The notes: generated by a model not told the origin, from the letters alone. Shown: positions 1 through 9,001, counted from the stretch's first letter. The stretch is 64,000 nucleotides of DNA from Pyrinomonadaceae bacterium (GCA_039933315.1 JBDTOI010000002.1:992-64991), one strand, 5' to 3'. Translations and numbers: made by a program.

Positions 1-341
1 ATAGTCCTCTGCTTGTCCGTTAGCGCGATGCCCATCTTCTCGAGCGTTGCCCGATTCAGCGTGCCGGTGACTTTGATCGTCTCGGCTGTCTGGTATTTCT
101 TCAGGCCCGTGCGTGTGTCTGTATCAAGCTTGCCGCTTTGCTCGCCTGCGTAAAAGCCACGGTCCTTGAGAATCCCCTGAGCTTGCTTCACCTGATCCTT
201 GTTAGCGCGGAAAACTGGACCACGTTTCTTCTTTGTTGCAGCAGCAGTAGTGCTGCCGGAAGAAGAGTTTGTGTTCTGCGTGGCTGATACCAGCGAAGAA
301 GCGAAGAGGAGCGAAAGTACTACCGTAAGGAATTTTTTCAT
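1..341 (-). CDS. secreted protein with peptidoglycan-binding-like repeat (N-terminal part; gene continues past window start)
   Basis: Not in the ORF track because it is open at the window edge. Manual minus-strand translation from the ATG at 339-341 gives MKKFLTVVLSLLFASSLVSA (signal peptide), then ...VKQAQGILKDRGFYAGEQSGKLDTDTRTGLKKYQ..., resembling PG_binding_1 repeats. Confidence 0.5.
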   Translation of the reverse strand, partial: MKKFLTVVLSLLFASSLVSATQNTNSSSGSTTAAATKKKRGPVFRANKDQVKQAQGILKDRGFYAGEQSGKLDTDTRTGLKKYQTAETIKVTGTLNRATLEKMGIALTDKQRT

Positions 342-804
342 TGTCTTGTCCTTTGTTGGTGAGGCGCGGGTGTGCGCCGGTTTAAGTTACTAAGACTCTA
401 CTGATTGTAGAGCGGGCGTATCTTAAGGAGCGGATGTGAGATTTCAAAGGCGAAGCCGATCAACCGCGGTGCTGGCTTGCTGCCAACCTTTTTGCAAGGA
501 CTATAGCCGGCGGTACCCCATCCAGAAGCATTGATGGCTCCCTTCGCTTAGCGTTTGACCAAGGTAGAAATTGCCTGGTTTGACGGGTCGAAAAATCTCT
601 CCAAGCCCAACCTGCACAACACTTCCCTAGAGAACACGCACTGTATTAACCATGTTGCGACTGGTTGAACATCGTGGTACTATCACTGGGCTCGAGAAGA
701 GCTTCTTGTTCTTGCCCAAATTCCTCGGACCCGAACTCCTGTACAGCCTGCTGAGCGTTTCGACACGAGTTTTCTCAACGAATCTGCCAGTTTGAAGGAA
801 CCTG

Positions 805-1617
805 ATGACAAAAAGTTTTTGGATAACAGTTCTCACCTTACTGGTCGCTGTTCCTGCCGCAGCGCAAAGTAGTGGCTATCGATATGATAATTTTGACACC
901 CGGAACGGTGTCAGAGTTCAAATGCAGCCAGTCACCGTGCGTCCCCGTTCTATCAAGGGCCGGCCGCAGCCCCGTCGCGCCGCCATTCAGAACGAGAATC
1001 TGGTGCGGCTCAATTCGATGGTCTACTCATCGCCCAGCGTGAGCACCGCGAGCACTAGTAAATCGCTGGATGGTTTCACAACCGGGGACTCTACCGTTGA
1101 TAGCTTCATAGTTGATTCGGGAACTCGCAACGGAGTTGACCCGGTGTTGCTGTATGCCATCATGCATCAGGAATCTACTTTCAAGCAGCGCGCGCTCTCA
1201 CCCAAAGGTGCAAGTGGACTGATGCAGTTAATGCCTCCTACCGCACGGCGTTTCGGAGTTACAAAGATATGGGATCCCCGGCAGAACATCGAAGGCGGTG
1301 CGCGCTATGTACGGTTTTTGCTGAACTACTTTGGCGATGTGCGGCTGGCCCTGGCCGGATACAATGCCGGAGAGGGCGCAGTGGAAAAATACGGACGCCA
1401 GATTCCCCCTTATCAGGAAACCCAGGAATATGTTCGCCGGATTTATCGGCGCTACTCTTTGATGCGTGATCCACAGGCACTGGAGGACGCGCGCAGAGTT
1501 ACGCCAATGCAAATGGCTTCGGTACGATCCCAGGCTCCGGTAGCTCTCAATGTGTATGAGCGCTCCGTTTTTGCCGTGAAGTTGCCTGATGGGCGTCTGC
1601 AGCTGGTTAGCCAGTAG
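805..1617 (+). CDS. lytic transglycosylase (SLT/GH23 domain), secreted
   Basis: Signal peptide MTKSFWITVLTLLVAVPAAAQ. SLT core 'LLYAIMHQESTFKQRALSPKGASGLMQLMPPTARRFG' with catalytic Glu-Ser, plus 'AGYNAGEGAV'. Confidence 0.85.
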   Translation: MTKSFWITVLTLLVAVPAAAQSSGYRYDNFDTRNGVRVQMQPVTVRPRSIKGRPQPRRAAIQNENLVRLNSMVYSSPSVSTASTSKSLDGFTTGDSTVDSFIVDSGTRNGVDPVLLYAIMHQESTFKQRALSPKGASGLMQLMPPTARRFGVTKIWDPRQNIEGGARYVRFLLNYFGDVRLALAGYNAGEGAVEKYGRQIPPYQETQEYVRRIYRRYSLMRDPQALEDARRVTPMQMASVRSQAPVALNVYERSVFAVKLPDGRLQLVSQ

Positions 1618-1758
1618 CGGCTTACTCAAAGCTCTTTACCCACGAGGCGGATCTTGTAATCAAGGTCCGCCTCGCTTTGTGTTTCGGCCCGACTGGTATT
1701 TCTGTATGATTACTGGCTCGTCGCATTGTCCTGTAGGTGAGGTAAGAACCCACAACAC

Positions 1759-3213
1759 TTGTCCAATAACAACGTCATTTCTGAAACAGGCGAAGAGCTC
1801 GACGAGTTGGTCGCGCGCCGAGTTTTGATTGTTACGAACTACGCGAGAGCTGCTTTTCAAACCCAACTGGCTTCTGCCGGTTACGAGACGTTGGCAACAA
1901 CGACCGGGATGGCGCTAACGGCGTCGGCAGAGTTTGAGCCGGACATCCTGTTGCTGGAATTGGGCAATGAGGAAGGCGCTGAAGAAAGTGATCAGTTTAC
2001 CCTCGTGCGACAACTTCGGGCGAAGGCCGCAACGCACGCGCTACCCATAGTTTTGGTCTTTGATCAGGACGGATCTGCTCTGCGGCAAACTGCCTTAAAT
2101 TTTGGAGTGGACGACTACTTTGGGACTGCCACTCCCTTTCCCGAAGTGAAGGCAAGGTTGGAAGGGCTGTTCTGGCGCGTCGAGGCCGGCCGTCGCGCTG
2201 CAGCCGTGGCGGGTAATCGACGCCTGGAGATTGAGAACTTCCTGCTGTTACTCGACGCAGTCCGTGAGGACAGTAGTGCAGGCCTACAGGGATCGCTGGC
2301 TGTACTCAGGATCTCTAATCGAGGCTGGGTGTCCCCACCCGCACGCGGAGCAGCGACCAGAGGGGGAATACTTAAGAAGCTTTTCGGGTTCTTGAAACTT
2401 CATCTGCGACGTCTGGACTCGGTTGCGTTCTATGGACCCGATGCGCTTATCACTTACTTGCCGGGTCTGAATGCCGCGGCCGCGGCGGAGGCGCTTTCCA
2501 CAATCCGGAAAATATTTGTGCAAGACTACGAGGGAACTGACATCACCATTGGCCTGGCATCTTTTCCCGCTGATTCAGTAGATGTTGAAAAGTTGCTCGA
2601 GCGGTGCGAAGCCGAAGCACAAGGAGCACCGCCAAAGTCAGTGACTAATCCACGGGCACACTCGGTTGAGTCTGAACACCTTGAGCTTGTCGTTTCGGAA
2701 GATAAAAACGCGCCGGCGCCGCAAGAACAAATTGGAAGTTCACCGCTGCATGAGGGCGCGTCGGACCTACAGGACAAGCGGGAGACTTCTACCCGGCGTT
2801 TTGTTCCCGGCCGAATAGACCGGGCTGAGCAGCCGAACCTGTCCCGCCGTGTGTTGCTGGTCGTATCAGATGCGCAGCGTATGGCTAAACTTAACTCGCA
2901 ACTGCGCTCGGCTGGGTACGAGGTGCGCGCCGCCTTTGATGGGGAACAGGCACTAAATCTCTTAAGAATAGAACGGCCTGGTTTAGTTGTGTTGGATTCC
3001 GACTTGCATAAACTCGACGGCGTGGAGATTGTGCGTCGCCTATGGAAACAGGGCGGCGGCACACTGGCCACTCCCGTGCTCTTTCTGAACTCGCTGGGGG
3101 ATCAGGGCGTATCTGAAGAGGCGAGGGCCTTCGGCGTGCGCAAGATCCTCGTGGCTCCTTTCGATTCCGGTGAGTTGCTGGCGAGCGTGGAGAATTTGGT
3201 AAACAATCGATGA
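1759..3213 (+). CDS. signalling protein: pseudo-receiver + degenerate GGDEF-like domain + C-terminal receiver
   Basis: TTG start in the track; the true start is uncertain. The N-terminal REC-like region lacks the acidic pocket and has Glu at the acceptor position ('PDILLLELG'). The central segment reads 'VAFYGPDALITYLPG' where GGDEF is expected. C-terminal REC: 'RVLLVVSDAQ...GLVVLDSDLHKLDGVEI'. Confidence 0.7.
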   Translation: MSNNNVISETGEELDELVARRVLIVTNYARAAFQTQLASAGYETLATTTGMALTASAEFEPDILLLELGNEEGAEESDQFTLVRQLRAKAATHALPIVLVFDQDGSALRQTALNFGVDDYFGTATPFPEVKARLEGLFWRVEAGRRAAAVAGNRRLEIENFLLLLDAVREDSSAGLQGSLAVLRISNRGWVSPPARGAATRGGILKKLFGFLKLHLRRLDSVAFYGPDALITYLPGLNAAAAAEALSTIRKIFVQDYEGTDITIGLASFPADSVDVEKLLERCEAEAQGAPPKSVTNPRAHSVESEHLELVVSEDKNAPAPQEQIGSSPLHEGASDLQDKRETSTRRFVPGRIDRAEQPNLSRRVLLVVSDAQRMAKLNSQLRSAGYEVRAAFDGEQALNLLRIERPGLVVLDSDLHKLDGVEIVRRLWKQGGGTLATPVLFLNSLGDQGVSEEARAFGVRKILVAPFDSGELLASVENLVNNR

Positions 3214-3214
3214 G

Positions 3215-3817
3215 GTGAAGCTGATGCATTGCACCAACTGCGGTTCCCACATTCCTGCCGGAGTTCGCTTCTGTGCTAATTGCGGATCGGCGGCACCTGA
3301 TCCCGAGGAGACCCGCATTGCGCGGTCGCAGTCGGGCGTCCCAGAGCGTCAACCCATTGATGATGACCTGGAACACGTTATCTTCACGACCCGACCAACG
3401 CTTATTTTTGTGAAGTTGGGTTATGCCGCAGCCGTGATCGGCGCAATCCTATTAACCGTGCTCCTGGCGATGATCCCCGGAATCGAAGTTCCCTTTTACG
3501 TATCGCTGCCGCTAGCCCTGTCGCTGCTGTTGATTCCAGCCTACTACCATCTAAAGCGAAACATGTTGCGGTACACACTGACGGATTCGAAGATTGAGAT
3601 TGATTACGGGCTCATTGCCAGGACCACACGCAACATTCCTCTGAGCAAAATCCAGGATGTCACGGTTTCGGCAAGTATGGTCCAACGTCTCTTAGGATTT
3701 GGTGATGTGATAGTTGATAATGCCAGCGAGGAGGGCGGGACAACTGTTCTAAGGAACATCAATAAACCCCGTCATTATGCCGATTTGCTCCTGCGCGAGC
3801 TTCGCCGCTGGCAGTAA
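3215..3817 (+). CDS. zinc-ribbon + bacterial PH (bPH_2/YdbT-like) membrane protein
   Basis: 'CTNCGSHIPAGVRFCANCG' double CxxC, two hydrophobic helices, and C-terminal 'IPLSKIQDVTVSASMVQRLLGFGDVIVDN' typical of bPH_2 domains. GTG start in the track; ATG at 3224 is an alternative. Confidence 0.7.
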   Translation: MKLMHCTNCGSHIPAGVRFCANCGSAAPDPEETRIARSQSGVPERQPIDDDLEHVIFTTRPTLIFVKLGYAAAVIGAILLTVLLAMIPGIEVPFYVSLPLALSLLLIPAYYHLKRNMLRYTLTDSKIEIDYGLIARTTRNIPLSKIQDVTVSASMVQRLLGFGDVIVDNASEEGGTTVLRNINKPRHYADLLLRELRRWQ

Positions 3818-3920
3818 GGCGGATCCTTTAAGGTGTGCGGCAGATTCCCCACGGAACATTCAGGCTCTCCCGGGTTCTAATAGTAATTGTGGCGGTCTGT
3901 TTTCGTGAAAGGCTTTTCAT

Positions 3921-5084
3921 TTGCGGACTTTTTTTTCAATAGCGTGTCTCTTCTTGATGGGCGCAGTCGTGTTGCCCGTGGGGGCCAAGGTTGGAATCCC
4001 CAACAATGAGGCGGTTAAGACCTTACCTGATCAAATTGAGGGCTTTCGCGCGCGGGGACCGGCGGTAGTACCCGACGACGGCGGTTTCGAAGCCCGGTTG
4101 GTGGATTTCGGTGTACAGGCCAGGGCTGTGCGGGTCTATGCCTCCCAGAGCGGCGATCTATTTCAGGTTGAAGTCATTAAAACTATCAATGACTCTGGTG
4201 CATATTCTCTTCTAACTGCGCACCGAACGAATTCCCAGGAGATTAAGCTTGGATCTGTGGGCACAGCGGGTTTTGTTGAGGCAGCGCGAATCGCCTTCTT
4301 CAAGGGCACAAACTTTGTAACGGTTACTCGCACCGGCAAAGAAAGCCCGAACGCTGATAAACTCATTGTGCTGGCGCGAAGTTTGGCCCAGGGTCTCGAT
4401 GCTTCCGAGGATGACATCCCTGTTCTGGTGAGGCACCTTCCCTACTGGCAAACATCGCAGCCCTGGGCGCGGTACGCAGTAAGTTCCAATGGCCTGAAGC
4501 AGGATGTGCAGGGGCAACCGATCCTGAATGAAGTGAGTTTTGAAGGTGGTTCAGAGGCGGTCGCTGCCCGCTACGAGGCTTCAAACCTTGTAATTGTCGA
4601 ATTCACAACTCCACAGCTCGCGGGAGACAACGACCGGCGAATCACGGCAAAGATACCGGAGTTGCGTCAGACAGGACAGCCTGTTCCTTCCGCCTATCGG
4701 CGCGTAGGTAACTATTCGGTTTTCGTTTTCAACGCAACGGATGAAAAGACCGCAGCACGGCTAATAGACCAGGTGAAATATGAACAGGTAGTGCAGTGGC
4801 TGGGCGAGAATCCGTACTGGTTTGAAAAAGCGCAAAGACTCTATGCCGGCACAACGGCCGGGGTACTAATCGCGGTTTTGCAGAGTTCCGGCCTTTCAAT
4901 CCTGATTTGCCTGGCGATTGGTGGGGCCTTGGGAGGCATCCTTTTCCAGCAACGGCGAAAGAGTCAGAGTTCCACGGGGTACTCTGATGCTGGGGGGATG
5001 GTGCGGCTCAATATCGATGACATGACCGCGGAAAGCGATCCTGGAAAATTGCTGGGTGAGGCTTCGCCCCGATCCGTAAAATAA
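3921..5084 (+). CDS. hypothetical exported protein with C-terminal membrane anchor
   Basis: TTG start. N-terminal signal-like 'FFSIACLFLMGAVVLPVGA'. C-terminal TM 'AGVLIAVLQSSGLSILICLAIGGALGGILF'. No motif recognised. Confidence 0.55.
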   Translation: MRTFFSIACLFLMGAVVLPVGAKVGIPNNEAVKTLPDQIEGFRARGPAVVPDDGGFEARLVDFGVQARAVRVYASQSGDLFQVEVIKTINDSGAYSLLTAHRTNSQEIKLGSVGTAGFVEAARIAFFKGTNFVTVTRTGKESPNADKLIVLARSLAQGLDASEDDIPVLVRHLPYWQTSQPWARYAVSSNGLKQDVQGQPILNEVSFEGGSEAVAARYEASNLVIVEFTTPQLAGDNDRRITAKIPELRQTGQPVPSAYRRVGNYSVFVFNATDEKTAARLIDQVKYEQVVQWLGENPYWFEKAQRLYAGTTAGVLIAVLQSSGLSILICLAIGGALGGILFQQRRKSQSSTGYSDAGGMVRLNIDDMTAESDPGKLLGEASPRSVK

Positions 5085-5106
5085 GAGACGCCAGGCAGGA
5101 AAGCAA

Positions 5107-5139
5107 AAACGCGGCTCGAGAAGTATCTCGGCCGCGTTT
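5107..5139. terminator. bidirectional Rho-independent terminator hairpin
   Basis: 9-bp stem AAACGCGGC (5107-5115) / GCCGCGTTT (5131-5139) with an inner CGAG/CTCG extension. It is flanked by an A-run upstream and a T-rich tract downstream, so a U-tract follows on both strands (TTTTTGCTTT on the minus strand). Confidence 0.6.
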
Positions 5140-5623
5140 CTCTACCTGTAACCCGTGTTCTTTTAGCTTTGCGGGCTGCCGATCTTCCTGAGGAGGCTCC
5201 CCCAAGCCTCTGACAGGCGCAACCGGCAGCCCAGCAACGAATGCCCTTCGACCTATTCACCGACGACAACCCCGTTCCCCCGAAAGGGCCGCCGCCTGCT
5301 CCTGTTAACAAGAGGACGCCTCCCCCAAAGCCTCCACTTATTTGGTCTCCGAGCCTGACCCGATTTACCCTTTTGTACCCTTCTTCGTTTAACTGAAATC
5401 TCTTTTAGCAATGAGTGTGCCAATACCAAAATAAGATTCGTCAACATTCGACGCTGGCCTCAAACCCTCGAAAAATTACGGAAAACATGGGTCTCGGTTT
5501 AATGGTCCCCATCCAGACAGGGGCGGAGCGCACGAGAGTCTGTAAATCTTCAATACAGTCCACAAGAACCGCTGCACGAAAATCAATCGTCCAACACCTT
5601 GGTAGCTTGAGTGGGGGTTGCTT

Positions 5624-6178
5624 TTAGAAGTTCTCGGGTCGAAAGGGTCGTCCATAAAACTCCTGGTAGAGCCAACCGAGCACGCGCACTTCTGCGGTGC
5701 AAAGAGTTTCCAACCAGCAGTTCATAAGAAAATTGGTGCGGGCATTGGCGGCGGGAATCTTTTCTGACTCTGTCACTATTGAGGACTGAGCAGCTATGTC
5801 GAGTTGATACGCTGCGGTTATGTCCTCCGTTGCTTTGGTCGCAGTATCCAGCGCGTTCAGCAGTTGGCACATCCACTGATGGAGTTCGTGTTCACTGCTA
5901 TGTTCGGAGAGTGCCTGCAGTATGCCAATGGCCACCCGGTCTTCGGCTCGATTGAAAACGAACACATTTTCGCCTGTCTGGCGGCTCTGTTCCTGTTTCC
6001 ACTGGAACAGTTCTTCAACCTTTGGGTTGCGGACCACGCCCACACGTTGGTCGAAGTTGAGAAACCACTCGATAACATCGGGTAAAGAATCAACGTCAAT
6101 CGCCCCACGATCATTGCGGCCCAAAGGAGGTTGGGTAACTACGGGCCCCGCGCTTTGACCAGGTTTTGATTCCGACAT
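5624..6178 (-). CDS. hypothetical protein, translationally coupled to the asparaginase-II-like gene
   Basis: Long ORF. The ATG at 6178 (MSESKPGQ...) lies 1 nt after the upstream TAA (6180-6182). No recognised motif. Confidence 0.5.
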   Translation of the reverse strand: MSESKPGQSAGPVVTQPPLGRNDRGAIDVDSLPDVIEWFLNFDQRVGVVRNPKVEELFQWKQEQSRQTGENVFVFNRAEDRVAIGILQALSEHSSEHELHQWMCQLLNALDTATKATEDITAAYQLDIAAQSSIVTESEKIPAANARTNFLMNCWLETLCTAEVRVLGWLYQEFYGRPFRPENF

Positions 6179-6179
6179 G

Positions 6180-7268
6180 TTAGCTCTGAACAACCTGTTG
6201 CCCGGGAGTTTGATCCAGCTCGAATGAGGCCCGCACCTCGCCGACTATGTCTCCGCGACGGTTTGTTACAGGAAAGAAGGCATAGGAACCAACTGCTTCA
6301 AGCGATGCATCTTTCAGCACTCCCAGCTGACGAAGCGCCTCGATGACTACCGTAGGACGTGCCCGGCGATCTTCCCCATCTTCAATTTTCAGCGCCAGAC
6401 CCATCCCGCGTGGCCAATCCGGACAGGGCAGCACACCCACCGTGTAAACACCTTCCGCTCCGACTTTTGAGATCAAGCGGCCACCGGCGGCTTTTATCAT
6501 TTCTGTATCCAGGCGCTCGGTTGTCCCGCCCACCATCTCTGGATGATTAACCATCGCTCCCACGACTCGCCGGCATGCTTCTCGTGTATCCGGATCAAAA
6601 TCGGATGGTGGATTAACGAGACGAGCGTACATTTGCGCCATGGCCCGGACAGTTATGCCAAAGACCGGGACACCGCACCCATCCACCGCTACCGACATAT
6701 CCTCCGTCTTATTCCCGGAAAACTGGGCTACCGTGCGTCCGATGAGCAGCTGCACGGGATTCTCGGGTTGGTCGTAGCTTTCCGTAGGTGCGTTTAGATG
6801 ACGCGCCAGCGCCAGCATGCCCGCGTGTTTCCCGGAGCAATTGTTTTGCAGGACATTTGGCTCAGTTGCTGACTCGCGCAGTTGACGCGCAACTTCCGGA
6901 CTGAAAGGCTCGTGGATCCCGCACTTCAAAGCGCCCTGATCAAGTCCAATCTTGTCCAGCATGGAACGCACAGCATCAGTGTGAATAGACTCGCCGCTGT
7001 GTGAGCCGCAGGCCACGGCAATTTCCTTTTCGGTAAAGCCAAACCGGTCCGCCGCACCCGAGGCGACCAGGGGCAACGCCTGGTGCGGTTTGCATGACGA
7101 GCGCAGGAAAGTGACGGTGTTAGGCGATCCTATTTGGGCCAGCAATTCGCCCTCGGGATCAACAGCAACGATATGCCCCCGGTGACGTGATTCGGTTATT
7201 GCGCCGCGACGAACCTCGACGAGAGGCGCAGGCGGCGGAATATCGTCGTTCATACGATTCTTGTTCAT
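6180..7268 (-). CDS. L-asparaginase II family (Rhizobium-type) protein
   Basis: 'VEVRRGAITESRHRGH', 'GSHSGESIHTDAVRSML', 'NNCSGKHAGMLALARHL' and 'VDGCGVPVF' match the asparaginase_II family. The track ORF starts at 7355, but the ATGs at 7268 or 7253 fit family N-termini better. Confidence 0.8.
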   Translation of the reverse strand: MNKNRMNDDIPPPAPLVEVRRGAITESRHRGHIVAVDPEGELLAQIGSPNTVTFLRSSCKPHQALPLVASGAADRFGFTEKEIAVACGSHSGESIHTDAVRSMLDKIGLDQGALKCGIHEPFSPEVARQLRESATEPNVLQNNCSGKHAGMLALARHLNAPTESYDQPENPVQLLIGRTVAQFSGNKTEDMSVAVDGCGVPVFGITVRAMAQMYARLVNPPSDFDPDTREACRRVVGAMVNHPEMVGGTTERLDTEMIKAAGGRLISKVGAEGVYTVGVLPCPDWPRGMGLALKIEDGEDRRARPTVVIEALRQLGVLKDASLEAVGSYAFFPVTNRRGDIVGEVRASFELDQTPGQQVVQS

Positions 7269-7397
7269 TTGTGTATTTGAGTTTGCGGCCTGATTGTAAC
7301 GTGGCAGAGTCGCTGTAGCTAGACCGGGAAACAAAAACGAGAGTGAAACTGGCAATCAGCTTCACTCTCGTTTTCTATTGCAAATCTGCGGTGCTGG

Positions 7398-8006
7398 TCA
7401 GCTGCGCGCTTTAACTCTTCGCGGACGGTGCCTGACCCCGTAGCTGAGCACGGTAACCTTAATCTTACGCCGGCCAAAACGCATGGCGTCCCTTGTACTC
7501 GGCGTCCAGATGTCTACGTGGCGACCGCGGATGAGGCCGCCCGTGTCAGCGACCAGATACTCGCCGCTGTAAGGGCCGGCGTCCAAACGAACACGGCTTC
7601 CCAGCGGTAATACCCTGGGATCGGCCGCAATCAGGCCGTTGGCGACCATTTTGCCACTGGCTGTTCGACCACGAAGGCTATAGCAAGTAGCAACATACGT
7701 CTCTGCCGGACTTGTGATTAGGACCGAGCCAGTTTCGGCGGGGACTGAACTGGCCAAGGCTTCCGTCGCTATTGCTTTACTATTGCGGGTCGACGCACTC
7801 GCGATGGGCTCTGCAGCCGCGGGGATACCTGCCAGGACCGGTTGCGTCCCGGTACCAGTGTTGGCTTCTTCCCGTTTTTGCTGCTGAATCGAGGGTTGCT
7901 GGAGAGAATTGGTTTCGGCGACCAGGGGTCGGGCGTAGATAAACAGGGTGCCGGCAATTAACGCAACGGCGGTAACTGCACTTCCACTAGAAAGGGATTT
8001 CATCAA
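7398..8006 (-). CDS. 3D-domain (MltA/RlpA-like barrel) cell-wall protein, secreted
   Basis: Signal peptide, then 'ATCYSLRGRTASGKMVANGLIAADPRVLPLGSRVRL...YLVADTGGLIRGRHVDIW', typical of 3D domains. Confidence 0.75.
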   Translation of the reverse strand: MMKSLSSGSAVTAVALIAGTLFIYARPLVAETNSLQQPSIQQQKREEANTGTGTQPVLAGIPAAAEPIASASTRNSKAIATEALASSVPAETGSVLITSPAETYVATCYSLRGRTASGKMVANGLIAADPRVLPLGSRVRLDAGPYSGEYLVADTGGLIRGRHVDIWTPSTRDAMRFGRRKIKVTVLSYGVRHRPRRVKARS

Positions 8007-8187
8007 ATCGGTTCTCCTGTCCGAGGTTGTGGTCAGCTTTCAGCTGCCGACGCGCGAGTCCGTTCTTTCCTATGACTCGACCTCCGGCCCTAGGAGTCAA
8101 ATGACAGTCGGCCGGAGTTGGGGGCTTGCATCCTTGATGCGGTTGCGCTGAAAGACTATTTGAAATAAAGGCCTAATCAAGCCCTAA

Positions 8188-8216
8188 AAGCAAAAAAGCG
8201 AACGGGCTTGTCCGCT
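8188..8216 (-). terminator. Rho-independent terminator downstream of the GATase gene
   Basis: Minus-strand AGCGGAC-AAGCCC-GTTCGCT (7-bp stem with one G-U pair) followed by TTTTTTG. Confidence 0.5.
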
Positions 8217-8326
8217 TGTTACGAGAGGCAAAGGCTATCACAGGCCCGTTGGCAATGTCCAACCGGAGAACCCCGCCGCCGGGGCCGTAGCAATCCCCCG
8301 ATCCGGCCCTAAATCGCGAAAAAGCC

Positions 8327-8959
8327 CTATAAATCGAGGAAATTCTCGATGATGCGGCGGCCGTCAGGTTGTTCGCTATCGAAGAGCTCCGGATGGAACT
8401 GCACTCCGAATAGGGGCCGGTCGGCGTGCTCCATGGCCTGAATCGGGCAGGTCTCGTTGGTGGCGGTGCGACGGAAGTCTGGCGGCAGGTTTTTGACCTC
8501 ATCGCAGTGGGAATGCCAGACCGTAATGGATGTAGGCAGGTCCCGGAAGATGCCGCTCGGACTCCCGTTCGGTACCAACTGAACGGGGTAATAGCCTCGC
8601 TCGCGGAAAGCCCCCTCGTAACCCTCGCCGGGCGCGGTCCTTTTCATCAGATCCACGCGAGCCCCGTAGGCAAGGGCAATCTGCTGATGGCCCCCGCAAA
8701 CACCGAGGATTGGCTGGGACGCGTCTCGGATTACAGCAAAGACTCCGGCTAGCGATTCGGGCCGGTAATCGTCCCAGGGATTGCTCTGGCCGCTGAGGAT
8801 TATGTGGCTGGGACGGAGTTGCTGGACGCGTTGAGGGGAAACATTCGCGAAGGCCTCCAGGCTGATCTCGAGGCCCGGTCTGATGCGGTGAAGCGTGGCG
8901 CGCAACTCCCTCGGGCTCGCCCCCTGGCCGTCAATCGTGTTGTCTACTAACAGGATCAT
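8327..8959 (-). CDS. class I glutamine amidotransferase domain protein
   Basis: Cys-His-Glu triad context 'GVCGGHQQIALAYGA' and 'VQFHPE'. Confidence 0.8.
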   Translation of the reverse strand: MILLVDNTIDGQGASPRELRATLHRIRPGLEISLEAFANVSPQRVQQLRPSHIILSGQSNPWDDYRPESLAGVFAVIRDASQPILGVCGGHQQIALAYGARVDLMKRTAPGEGYEGAFRERGYYPVQLVPNGSPSGIFRDLPTSITVWHSHCDEVKNLPPDFRRTATNETCPIQAMEHADRPLFGVQFHPELFDSEQPDGRRIIENFLDL

Positions 8960-9001
8960 GAATCAGCAGTCGCAAACAGAAGTCTGATTTGCCGGTTACC
9001 T

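Noticed and set aside
5241-5396. 51-codon Pro-rich ORF as a real gene
   Set aside because: There is no Shine-Dalgarno sequence, the composition is low-complexity, and it is below any threshold I can support. It is mentioned only inside the finding on the spacer.
5143-5620. tRNA, tmRNA, RNase P, SRP or 6S RNA gene in the long spacer
   Set aside because: I could not find T-loop GGTTCGA-type motifs, the tmRNA tag frame or 3' CCA-proximal acceptor, the RNase P GAGGAAAGTCC core, or the SRP GGAAGCAGCC motif on either strand. The region is kept only as a generic sRNA/3'-UTR candidate.
8007-8190. ydaO-type c-di-AMP riboswitch call
   Set aside because: The context is suggestive, but the conserved core strings I remember (GGGGACCCA, GGGGTGAATC, CCGACAGCTAACCTCG) are not present. 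It is left as a low-interest hypothesis and not annotated as a feature.
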